Source: Octopus vulgaris (lineage: Eukaryota). Taken from it: a stretch of DNA of 64,000 nucleotides. Numbering within the stretch: position 1 is the stretch's first letter; every line of letters starts with the position of its first letter. A program made the translations under genes and the position numbers. The notes beneath the pieces were generated by a model. It saw only the letters and a list, made by a program, of their open reading frames with translations, was not told the DNA's origin and ran no database searches. Where the stretch lies: contig OX597836.1 in assembly GCA_951406725.2 (NCBI GenBank), positions 19,654,001 through 19,718,000 on the forward strand. Reading direction: 5' to 3'. Positions 1 through 10,960 of the stretch are shown piece after piece.

Positions 1-456
1 ACGTTGTTTTGTTGGCCCTGAACTGATGAAAAACAAAGCTGACTTTAATGGGATTTGAACACACAGGAAAAGTATCAGATGAAATACGACAAAGAAGTTT
101 TTCTGACACTTTAACAATTCTGCTAAACTATTGCCCTAATGGCTTCTGTAATAAGTGTTCCTAAAATAGAGTGAAGGCCTGACATTCTGGAGAGGAAGGC
201 ACTGGGTCGAGGCTTTACTGATTTCAACACTCAATTGGTACTTTCTTTTATTAACCTTAGAGGGATGAAAGACCAAACTGACCTTGGTATTGGTCAAAGT
301 TAAACGCAGAATGTAAAAAGCTGAGACAAATACCACAAAGTATTGTTTCAAATTTTGGTGCAAGGCCGGCAATTTTAGTGGGAGAGTCTCAGTTGAATAC
401 ATGATTGGAGCCACTACACTATTCTTATTATTTCTTGAATAAATAAATTCACTGAC

Positions 457-673
457 CTTCTCACCAGAGTTGATTAATTTGATAAACTTCCCATCAGAAT
501 CTACTGTGTCAATACTTAAGGCTGATTTACACTGGTTTTTTGAGGCATAACCTTCATTCTTTGAAGAGACCTCTTCGCTGCTGGTTTCTGTAGTCACTTT
601 GCGTTTCTTGCCTCGAAGTTGAGTCGAACTTCGAGCCTTGGGAGAAGCGCATTCGGAGGCAGAGAGGTTCAAT
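457..673 (-). CDS. LMN: Lamin coding exon 7 (tail: NLS and start of Ig-like LTD)
   Basis: Acceptor ccatag, 217 nt (R)LNLSASECASPKARSSTQLRGKKRKV...IDTVDSDGKFIKLINSGEK with KKRK NLS and xDxDGKFIKL LTD start; donor GTCAGT. Remaining exons and any CaaX lie left of the window. Confidence 0.93.
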
Positions 674-971
674 CTATGGAAGAAAGAAAGAAAGGAAAAT
701 TTTTAAAAAAAAGCAAATTAATACATCAAATGTAACAATTAAAACACTCTCTTATATTTCACCATCTGGAATTTTTTTTTGGTATGAAGAAACCTAAGAA
801 AGCTTTGGTGATAGAAAGACATTTGGGCATAAAAGCCACCGTCTAAAATAAGTATTCATCTGATCAATGCCAGCACAAGAAAATGGACATAAAACATCTT
901 AACAGTAATCTCACAAATTGTAGCTGTAACTCAGCCTGTTGTGTATGTGGAGTGTGAGTGAGTGAGAGTGA

Positions 972-1017
<46 letters not shown>

Positions 1018-1070
1018 CCTTGTCTTGATATGTGATTGTTAAAAACAAGCATCGTCACACAAGTAGTGTC

Positions 1071-1530
1071 TCATCATCATCATCGTTTAACGTCTGCTTT
1101 CCATGCTAGCATGGGTTGGACAGTTCAACTGGGGTCTGGGAAGCCAGAAGGCTGCACCAGGCCCAGTCTGATCTGGCAGTGTTTCTACAGCTGGATGCCC
1201 TTCCTAATGCCAACCACTCCGTGAGTGTAGTGGGTGCTTTTTTACGTGCCACCGACACAGAGACCAGTCGAGGCTGGCGACGGCCACGATCGGATGGTGC
1301 TTTTTACGTGCCACCAGCACGGAGACCAGACGAGGCTGGCGACAGCCACGATCAAATGGTGCTTTTTACGTGCCACCAGCACGGAGACCAGACGAGGCTG
1401 GCAACGGCCACAATCAGATGGTGCTTTTTACGTGCCACCAGCACAGAGGCCAGTCAAGACGGCGCTGGCTACGGCCACGTTTGGATGGTTCTCTTACGTG
1501 TCACCGGCACTGGTATCACAGCTACAAATT
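1071..1530 (-). mobile_element. 3' end of the same RTE-like LINE family with five ~62 bp repeat units
   Basis: (CAT)n CGTTTAACG..TTCCATGCTAGCATGGG tail and five GGTGCTTTTTACGTGCCACCNGCAC-type units (1233, 1296, 1358, 1420, 1487). Confidence 0.85.
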
Positions 1531-1799
1531 CCCAGTTATCCATGAAAGCACACAGATACACATACACTCACACACAATGAGTTTCTTTCCATTTCCACAT
1601 CTACCAAATTCACTCATGGGGCATTGGTCCACCAGGGACTTACAGTAAGATACATGCCCAAGGTGCTATGCAGAGGGACTGAACCTAAAGTTGTGTGTTT
1701 CAGAAGAAAGCTTCTTAACTACACAGTCATACCTGTGCTTATTTTTCAACTAAGTGTTTATAGAAAGAAGAAATTTAATTAGTTACTACTTATTAGAGA

Positions 1800-2440
1800 G
1801 GTTAAGGAAGAGGAAGACATGGGATGAAGTATTAAAGGTTGATCTCAAAACGCCAAGCCTTATGAAGGGGACAACAGAGGACCAAGCTATGTAGTGCATT
1901 GCCGTACTCAAGAAGACCCACCCACCACAACAGAATTGGGATTCTAAAACAAAGGTGCCACATAAAAAGCACCCAGTACACTCTGTAAAGTGGTTGGCAT
2001 TAGGAAGGGCACCCAGCTGTAGAAACCAAGCCAAAAACAGACTATGGAACTTGATGCAGCCACTGGCCCTGCTACTTCCTGTCAAGCCATCCAACCCATG
2101 CCAGTATGGAAAATGGACATTAACCCTTTAGTGTTCGCATTATTCTGCCAAAGTTAATCCTTTTTTATCCACATTGTTTTGAACTAATCATTCATTAATC
2201 TTGTAGCTATGAGATTTTGATGAGGTAGCTGTTAATTTTTAAAACGATATTGTAGGGTTGGTGTGAGAGACCAGATCTGGCCAGTTTGAACATAAAATAG
2301 GCAGAATACTTTTGGCCGGATATGGCCGGTTTGAATGCTAAAGGGTTAAAGACCAGATCTGGCCAGTTTGAACATAAAATAGGCAGAATACTTTTGGCCG
2401 GATATGGCCGGTTTGAATGCTAAAGGGTTAAAATGATGAT
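1800..2440 (+). mobile_element. Diverged RTE-like LINE 3' end, tail interrupted by a piggyBac MITE
   Basis: Degenerate RRKTWDEVLKVDL coding, one pseudoknot-type unit, GGTTGGCATTAGGAAGGGCA motif, tail GGACAT|TAA...AATGATGAT split at TTAA. Confidence 0.75.
2124..2427. mobile_element. piggyBac-type MITE family A (222 bp) with duplicated right end
   Basis: TTAA|CCCTTTAG...CTAAAGGG|TTAA (2124-2345) plus 82 bp tandem copy of the right end to 2427. Other copies 12279-12497, 13777-13998, 28110-28320; decayed ~13400-13540, 26985-27150. Confidence 0.88.
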
Positions 2441-2561
2441 TATTAATTAAATAAATTAAGCTATGTCAGTTGGAAAATAGTCAAGGTAAAATGTAAAAAG
2501 ATTGGAAAAAACTCCCCTAGTTTCTTGCCACACAAATCCCCAAATGTTTTCTTTTTCTTAC

Positions 2562-2782
2562 CTCTCTTCTTCACCTTCCAAAAGTTTTCGGTATGCAGCA
2601 AGTTCCAAATCCAGTTTGACTTTGATACTCCAAAGCTCGGCCGACTCAGCAGTCATATCAGCAAGTTTGTTGCGAAGGTCCTTAATTTCTTCATCCTTTA
2701 CGCTAATCTTCATATGGAATTCTCGACTCTCACGCTCAAGCTGTCCTTCCAACTCACTGATACGATTCAGGAATTGGGCATT
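2562..2782 (-). CDS. LMN: Lamin coding exon 6 (end of rod)
   Basis: Acceptor tctcag, 221 nt ending KVKLDLELAAYRKLLEGEEE(R), the intermediate-filament helix-termination motif; donor GTAAGA, phase 2. Confidence 0.96.
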
Positions 2783-3521
2783 CTGAGACAGGTAAAAAAA
2801 AAAAAAGGGAGAAAAGTTAGATGAAGCTAACTCGAGTGATACAAGACCAAAGGAATATTTATATAAAGATCAAGTACAATTCGCAACAGAAGACTCTCCT
2901 CCAAACATCAGCTCTCTGGAAATATTCTCTCTGCGCCCCACTAACTTGTAGACTGTTTGATCTCACCACTCTTACAACGGTAGCAAAGGTCACAGGCACT
3001 GCCCCTTATTTCAAATTAAACCAAAACTCACAAATGGAAATACACAATATTCTTAAGTTGAACCATGGCACGAATTCAACCCAGAAAGTTGGAACAATTG
3101 TCACAAAGCGTTTTCCCCAACATCCTAATGATTCTGCAAATCTACTGCTTCACCCTTTCGTTACTGTATTTATTTTGAGATGCTCTGTGTTTCTTTCAAT
3201 TACTTTAAATATGATAAAAGAATTTAGTAAAATAACTTAGTTACCATTAAGCTAATGTTAGGAACATAAATTGTGACTAAGGTTTGGTGGAAGATTTTAA
3301 TTCAAAACTTATGGAAACAAGACATTTGTAATCAGAGCCAGAGCCGGTTTCAGCAGGGTTGGTAACGAAAGGGTTAAGGTGTAGTATTTAAAACATCAGG
3401 AATTGTTAACAAGACCCAGGCACAGCTGTATGGTAAGAAGCCTGCTTCCCAACCACTGTGATAACATTGAAAAGGATTAAAATAAATGGCAAAGAGTGAA
3501 TGAATTTATCTGACAACTTAA

Positions 3522-3741
3522 CCCTTTCGTTACTGTATTTATTTTGAGATGCTCTGTGTTTCTTTCAATTATTTCAAATATAACAAAGAATTTAGTAAAA
3601 TAACTTAGTTATCATTCAGCTGGTTTTAGGAACATAAATTGTGACTAAGGTTTGGTGGAAGATTTTAATTCAAAACTTATGGAAACAAGACATTTGTACT
3701 CAGAGCCAGAGCCGGTTTCAGCCGGGTTGGTATCGAAAGGG
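3522..3741. mobile_element. piggyBac-type MITE family B (220 bp)
   Basis: TTAA|CCCTTTCG...CGAAAGGG|TTAA; sister copy 3153-3373; diverged inverted copies ~24488-24871 and ~28047-28480. Confidence 0.88.
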
Positions 3742-4397
3742 TTAATAAAATAATAAGGATGGTTTCTGATTTGACAATTACTTTTTATGATAGGTACAAG
3801 GCCTGGACTTTTGAGGGAAAGGGGCTTAACTGGTATTTCTTTCATTGACCCTAAAAGGATGAAAGACAAAGTAGACCCTGGTGACATTTTAACTCAGAAC
3901 GCAAAGCCTGAAGAAATGCTGCGAAGAATTTTGTCAGGTATGGTAATGAGTCTGCCAGCACGCTGCCTTATAATAATCCTTTCTACTAAAGGCACAAGGC
4001 CTGAAATTTTGAGCCTCAAGTACTTGACTGATACTTATTTTATTGAGCCTGAAAGGGAGAAAGGCAAAGTCAACCACAGTGGAATTGAACTCAGAACGTC
4101 AAGTCGGAAGAAGTGCCACTAATCATTTTTCCAGGGCAGTAACAATTCTGCCAGTCTTCCACCTTAATAATAATAATGGTTTCAAATTTTGGCACAAGGC
4201 CAGCAATTTTAGAGGAAGAGGCAAGTCAATATCAACTCCAGTGCTTGACTGACAATTATTTCATTGATCCTGAAAGGATAAAAAGCAATGTCAACCTTGG
4301 CAGAATTTAAACTCAAAGACAGAAGAGATGCTACTAAGCATTTTATCCATAATAATAATAATAATAATAATAATAGTAATAGTAGTAGACAAATTAC

Positions 4398-4523
4398 CTG
4401 TGCTCTCAAGCTAGACAATTCTGAGAGGAGTTCCTCCACTCGGCGCTTCGCAGTCTTCAATTCGTCACGCATAGAAATAGAGACATTCTGGCCACGATCA
4501 ATTTGAGCTTGCAAGCCACTGAG
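4398..4523 (-). CDS. LMN: Lamin coding exon 5 (coil 2)
   Basis: Acceptor tttacag, 126 nt LSGLQAQIDRGQNVSISMRDELKTAKRRVEELLSELSSLRAQ, donor GTAATT. Confidence 0.93.
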
Positions 4524-5367
4524 CTGTAAAAAGAAGATGACATTGAAGAAAAAAATCTAGGCATGGTCATGTATTTAGGAAGTGCATTTCGTAACAAAGT
4601 GGTTCTGAGATTGATCCCACTGCATGACACCTTTGATAAATGATAAGGCACAAAATGTATGATGCTTTTTTTTTTTATTGCAATTTGTTTGATGGAAGCT
4701 ATGGGGAAGGCTATTACACATACATCTATAGTTTTGGAAAGGATATCAGTAATTAAACTAATAAACCAGTGCTTTTCAACAGAAATATTCTGGTTTTTAC
4801 AGCACACACAGGCAAACATTCATTTCCTTCTCTTAACAGGAATGTAGTAAACTAGGGACTGGATTCTTGAAAATCTGTAATTAACAACATTATTATTTTG
4901 TTAGTTTGTGTATGGATTTCATCATTATATGTTCACTTATCCAGGTGTGCATGGGTCAGATGGAATTTTTGTTGCAGCAGATTTTCTATGGCCAGATACT
5001 CTTCCTGTCACCAATCGCCACCTGTTTCCAAGAAAGATGACAATATTTTCCTGCAGCTGGACATGTTTTTATAGAAGAATGGAAATGAATGATACCATTT
5101 GTATGTTGGAGACACTCATTTACAAGTATTATGAGATGTCAAGACAAGGGGACTAAAATGTCCACACATGCATACATATTACATCTATAAGGTTCTTTCA
5201 GTTTGTCATCCAAATCCATGTGCAAGGCTCTGGTCAGCACAGGGCCAACATGTTGCACAGTGGGACTGAACCCCAAACCATGCGACTGGGATGCACATTC
5301 CTGTTGTTGAAGTCCTTAACCACAGATGTCAGAATAGAATTATTAACAAATATTTTGAAGATTAGGG

Positions 5368-5564
5368 TACTCTTTTACTCGTTTCAGTCATTTGACTGCG
5401 GCCATACTGGAGCACCGCCTTTAGTCGAGCAAATCGACCCCGGGACTTATTCTTTGTAAGCCCAGTACTTATTCTATCGGTCTCTTTTGCCGAACCGCTA
5501 AGTGACGGGGACATAAACACACCAGCATCGGTTGTCAAGCAATGCTAGGGGACAAACACACACA

Positions 5565-5606
<42 letters not shown>

Positions 5607-5771
5607 TACGACAGGCTTCTTTCAGTTTCTGTCTACCAAATCCACTCACAAGGCATTGGTCGGCCCGGGGCTATAGTAGAAGACACTTGCCCAAGATGCC
5701 ACGCAGTGGGACCGAACCCGGAACCATGCGGTTGGTTAGCAAGCTACTTACCACACAGCCACTCCTGCGCC
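5368..5771 (-). mobile_element. Abundant ~400 bp tRNA-derived SINE with CORE-like segment and internal (TA/TG)n
   Basis: Head GGCGCAGGAGTGGCTGTGTGGTAAG..GGTTCNGTCCC, TTGGGCAAGTGTCTT, tail GACTGAAACAAGTAAAAGAGTA. Copies ~14845-15185(+), 23590-23805(-), 27460-27812(+), 32310-33000(-), 48405-48528(-), 51610-52330(-). Confidence 0.9.
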
Positions 5772-5979
5772 TAGTTAAAAAATGCACATAATGCACCACC
5801 CTCACTGTCCAGTAGTCACAGATAACAAAACATTTCTACCAGCCACCTTGAAAAGCATTACTTTATGCCATAAAACCATTTATACATTGATATGAAACAA
5901 CGGAAACCACAGAACCAACACCGCAAATGCAAAAAGGCAGTTGATTAAATTAAAGGGATACAAAAGGGATTGAACTTAC

Positions 5980-6147
5980 TTTTGTTTCATAGAACAGCTC
6001 GACTTCTTCACGGACCATCTGGATGTGGGACTCGTGTTCCTCGCGCATCTCTCGCAGAGCATCTGCAAGCCTCTCTTCATAGGCTGGGGCGATACCACTG
6101 TCAACCTCCTCTGTGACGACCTGGCGTGATCTAGTCTCATTGAGCTC
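5980..6147 (-). CDS. LMN: Lamin coding exon 4 (linker L12 / start of coil 2)
   Basis: Acceptor ctgtag, 168 nt ELNETRSRQVVTEEVDSGIAPAYEERLADALREMREEHESHIQMVREEVELFYETK, donor GTAAGT. Confidence 0.95.
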
Positions 6148-6307
6148 CTACAGAAGGATATTCATGAATAGTGTTGAGGATGAGTGTATGTATATGTGTG
6201 TGTGTATGTATATATATATATACACACACACACACGCCGGAATAAAGACATAAATGTGAAACAAGGTGGGAAAAAGAGTATTCAAATACCAGGGGTAGAG
6301 TCATATG

Positions 6308-6438
6308 CTTTATTTAAAAGCAGCAGAAATTCAACAAAACCTGTTACTCTGAGTTTCACGTTCCTGTTCGTCGGACCGAATGGGAACGTGAAACTCAGAG
6401 TAACAGGTCTTGTTGAATTTCTGCTGCTTTTAAATAAA

Positions 6439-6439
<1 letters not shown>
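6308..6439. repeat. ~57 bp-arm palindrome from the 53875-54023 hammerhead-bearing family
   Basis: 6308-6364 vs 6383-6439, one mismatch; 6237-6376 homologous to 53875-54016. Confidence 0.9.
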
Positions 6440-6521
<82 letters not shown>

Positions 6522-7659
6522 ATTAATATAATAGTTTGATACGAAATGAGAGGGACAGAATGGAGATGAGAGAAACAGGGCAAAAAGGGAGAGTTGAAGG
6601 TGGAGAGAGGAGCAGATGAGTGTAGAAAATAAGGAGAGACAGAGAAAGGAGATGAACTGAGTTATAACTGAGGTGCATGTCATTTTTCCACAATAAAGAG
6701 TCACAACTGTTCAAAAGATATGCCCGTTTAGAGGGACAACACACACTGGGTGCCTCATCCCCTCATTTACTGATACTGCCCTTGCTAACTTCTGGTCATA
6801 GGCAGTCAGGTAGTCCCTAATTTTTCTCATACGTGTAACAGAAACAGAACCAGCCATGAAGCAATCAATTAGCTCCCTCTAAGTTTATCAAAAATAAACT
6901 GGGATCATTACGCAAAAAGCTTTTTATTCTGCTCCTAGTCATTCGATTTGTTACAAATAGCAATCAGATCCCTACAGATCACATTCTACCATATTGGAGT
7001 TTACAGTGGACATTGTACATTGAGATATACAGAATAGCCATGGTTGGGACACCCAAGATTTTACATAATACAATGGGGTTATGCACACACATGACTGCAA
7101 TTATCTTTTATCTTTTACTTGTTTCAGTCATTAGACTGTGGCCTTGCTAGGGGACACGCTTGAAGGGTTTAGTTGAACGAACCGACCACAGTACTTTTTT
7201 TTTAAAGCCTGGTATTTATTCTATTGGTCACTGTATATGACAACTGGGTGTTGGGAGTGTAAATAGAGGGAAGACCACTCGCGAGCAAGATAGGAAACTA
7301 GTCAAACCTGCCTCTCCTGAGCTGACCTACTTTACAAATACAGAGACACAGGGTGCTTATATGTATGCATGGCACATCTACATGCTCATGCAAAGAATGC
7401 AGTGTATATGCATACACACACAAGCCACGCCTGTGTACACTTACATAAAATTGTGCATGCACAGACCACACTGGTGTGCATACACAGAAACCATACCCTT
7501 AATGTATAGGGTGTCCATACACATAGTATGCAGGTGTACACATGGTGTCAACACATTCACACAAAATACTGTACGGCTTTAACAAAACACACATCAACAC
7601 CAAGAGGACTGGGCATAGTTGTAGAATATTACTAGTGACAGTCACTGTGTTACTAGTAA

Positions 7660-8053
7660 TCTCTCTATATATAAAGCTGAAGTTGTCTGTGTATGGCAGG
7701 TTTGGTAGCCTTCAACTAAAACTATCTCCTACGAGACCCTGCGGCGCAAGTTGACCAAAATTGAGAGTATGATAGAAGAAGGCTTGCTCTTCCTTCCGTA
7801 GAAGAAAAAATTCAAATCGGACCATGTTAACACCAAAAATTATTGGCATCAAAAAGGTACTTTTTTTTTCTATGAAAATCCCTACATTTTACGATTTTTT
7901 GACTGCTTTGTTGCCAGTTTTCAGTGTATTTCAACCAGAAAAATGTTCACTTAAAGAGAATAACTAGCTACATAATGCAAACTTTTTACTTTTCAAAAAT
8001 TCCAATTCTAAAGGGTCGAAACAAACCCGAGCAACGCTGGGCAATACTGCTAG
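7660..8053 (+). mobile_element. Non-autonomous Helitron-like element
   Basis: Starts A|TC..TATATATAAA, ends with CCCGAGCAACGCTGGG hairpin and CTAG|T, no TSD; second copy ~43560-43930. Confidence 0.8.
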
Positions 8054-9044
8054 TAATAATATAAGTGTTGGCCAAAAGTAGCAGCCTAAATGTTTGTCAT
8101 TAGTGTTAGAGATGTGGCAAAAATGTGATAAAAGCAGCAACTATATTGGACATTTTGCAGCAGTGCAGTGTGAGCTTAAATGAAGTTATTGGTCTTATAT
8201 TCAATGTTTCAAGGGGGATCGTGTAAATTTCAACCTGCTAGAAACAGCAGTCAAATGTTCCACAAATCACTGCCTGTATTTAAAAAGAAAGGAGGCAGTA
8301 GATAATGAAGACCTAGACCAGCTATGGGTAAACTGTCACCCATGAGACTTTCTGAATGGCATGCCTATGGAAAAATTAACTTTTTTTTTAGTAGTGTGGC
8401 CTGTCTGATGAGACATGGCTTATCCGGATTGCTTCATGAAGAAGGTTGCCTATGCCTTGTCCAGACAGATGGAATGGTCACAGCTGGAATATCTGATCAT
8501 AGGTCCTCAAAAACTGATCTGGGCTCATCAACACTGTAAACACTGATGCTTTTAAAATCATCAATTCATTTTGCCATATTGGCATGCATTTGAAATGGAT
8601 GAATGCCCAAAACTACATACTATTGTAATCTAATAGCCAATATTAGAACTGCCATGTAGTTGCCCTAATCTGCTAGAAACAGCAGTTAATTCTACCAAAT
8701 CACAACTATTTGGAAGAACGACATGCTTCTCACTTATAAATAATGTAAAAAAATTGATGGCATCTGGATGGTTCACATCTTGGAATAGTGGGCCGTCAGC
8801 CCTCCTTGATTAGGACCAACCTGAGACTAAACAACACTATTCTATGAAGGAGTTACTTTCAAGTTTGCTTTTTGAGGAAAATTCATTAAGGTATCTTCAC
8901 TGAAGGTTTAGGGAGTTATGTGCATTTGGATTTGATCCACTGACCTTCAAGCCTATAGTGTTACACACTTTAAATATTCTACGAAGCCTTCATCTAAGCC
9001 AGCATAGCAATGCAAGAGAAAATGGGGCAAGAGAAATTGCTTAC

Positions 9045-9194
9045 CTGCTCAAAAACTTGAGACTTGAAAGCCATATCTTCTCTCAGACTTTGCAGGCGAT
9101 TCTCAAGGTCCACTCTCATCAATGTCTCATCTTCCAGTTGTTTGCGGGCTGTTGCCAATTGAACTTCCAGGGCACTGAGGTCAGCTCGGAGAGA
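9045..9194 (-). CDS. LMN: Lamin coding exon 3 (coil 1B)
   Basis: Acceptor tttcag, 150 nt SLRADLSALEVQLATARKQLEDETLMRVDLENRLQSLREDMAFKSQVFEQ (lamin ETLxRVDxEN motif), donor GTAAGC. Confidence 0.95.
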
Positions 9195-10326
9195 CTGAAA
9201 TTATAAATACAAAATAATAGTCTGAAGAATCTCAATAAAGGAGAACATGGGGCAAAAAAATACATTTAACACACAAGGGGTTGAATGATGTTGAAATTGA
9301 CTATCCTGCTTTCATTTGTGCATTATTTCCTATTTCCACTGTCCTCACTTCTTGGTTCAATTTTCACGAGCATTCTTGGGCACATTTTTTTTTGCCTCTT
9401 TTTTTCCCTTTCCTTTAAATTGATATATGTGACAATGTATATCAAATGGAACAGAGGTGGAGCAATTCTGAAATTCTCCTCTATTTTCTTAAATAGTCCT
9501 GTATGGCCTATTCTTCTGAGTACTGCTTACAGGATGAAGTGCTCCACCAAGAACAGGAGAAACTGATAAAGCTTATGAATCTGTGCTGTCCTTGCAAGAT
9601 TTGCTGTTAACCACAAACCATCCACTTATCATCATCATTATTATTTAACATCCCTGTTCAATTAGGTGGATGGTTTGACAGAAATCGACAGCCTGAGTAC
9701 TGTATCTTGTTTCAATGTCTGCTTTGGCTCTTCCAAATGCCAACCACTTTTCATCATGTACAGGGTGGTTGGTTTGTAGCACCAGCGCTAGAGAGTTTGT
9801 CATGCAGTTTGGAAGAATAAGATCCCTTTACATGGAGAGGGAAGTGGTTTTATGCATCAGAGAAAGGGCTAGAACAGAACAGGTTTCTTGCTATTGAGGA
9901 GCTACTCATCTTATAGCAGAAAGGGTAGAGATGGAAGAAACTAAAAATAGTTGTAGAATCTGAAAACAAACAAACCCACTACCCCCAGAAAAATAAACCC
10001 ATTGGCTGCTTCAACCATCAAAGAAATAGCTATGGACAATGAATACTAGAAATTCAATAATTTGGTCACCTATTCAAAACACCACAGTACTAGACACGTT
10101 GGTATTTATTAGAAATGGTAGACTAGTAGAACATCGGTTAAAATACTTTTAGTCAGCTACAACCCTTTGCCTTTCGAGTTCAAATCTTACTTAGCTAATA
10201 TAATCTTTCCTTCTCAAGTTCATAAAATAAGTATCAATACCATAGTTAATCCACTAAAACCTGTCAAGATAATGTCCCCACATGGTCACAATGTAATGAC
10301 AAAAAAACAAAGAATTTAATACTCAC

Positions 10327-10459
10327 AATATTCTGTGATTCCAGCTTCTTCTTCTGGGCTTCCATCTCAGCAAGTTTTGCTTGCAAATCACCAACCATTG
10401 CCTCAAGATCAAGTAATTTCTTCTGGGCAGCGGAAAGTTCTCTCTCCTTGCGATTGTAC
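10327..10459 (-). CDS. LMN: Lamin coding exon 2 (coil 1B)
   Basis: Acceptor tgtttag, 133 nt (1+44 codons) (K)YNRKERELSAAQKKLLDLEAMVGDLQAKLAEMEAQKKKLESQNI, donor GTGAGT; phase matches exon 1. Confidence 0.92.
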
Positions 10460-10759
10460 CTAAACACACAAAAAAAACAAGAAATTATTACCCAAGACAT
10501 TACACCAGCCACAAAAGGACAGAAATAGTCATATCTCCTGCAAATCACACTGCTGTCTTCATCTTCAGTTTTTTACAGCCCCCATCCATGATAGCATGGA
10601 CTGGAAGAGACTGTGAGGAAGCATTCTATGGCTTGTTTTCCGTTTTTGTCATCACAACACTTGCCTACTTTACAAGTGCTGAGCTATTGTGAACATACAC
10701 AGACAATGGGCTTCTGTAAATCTCATCTCTCAAATTTTGCTTGCTGGATATTGGTCAGA

Positions 10760-10960
10760 AACGATAGCACGCTGGGCGAAATGTGTAGCCGTTACGTTCT
10801 GAGTTCAAATTCCGCCGGGGTCGACTTTGCCTTTCATCCTTTCGGGGTCGATAAATTAAGTACCAGTTATGCACTGGGGTTGATGTAATCGACTTAATCC
10901 GTTTGCCTGTCCTTGTTTGTCCCCTCTGGTGTTTAGCCCCTTGTGAGTAGTAAAGAAATA
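10760..10960 (+). mobile_element. tRNA-derived SINE with Meta-like central domain
   Basis: GAGTTCAAATTCC B box then GCCTTTCATCCTTTCGGGGTCGATAAATTAAGTACCAG. Copies ~3790-4345 (three, -), 20565-20780(-), 52960-53115(-), 61410-61570(+). Family name is recalled, not searched. Confidence 0.75.

Noticed and set aside
136-456. Extension of the 178 aa ORF beyond lamin exon 7
   Set aside because: Read-through past a GTCAGT donor into intronic SINE sequence; lamin similarity stops at ...NSGEK.
1233-1511. CRISPR array (regular ~27 bp repeat with ~35 bp spacers)
   Set aside because: Spacers are homologous to each other, there are no cas genes, and the array is part of a multicopy LINE 3' UTR in eukaryotic DNA.
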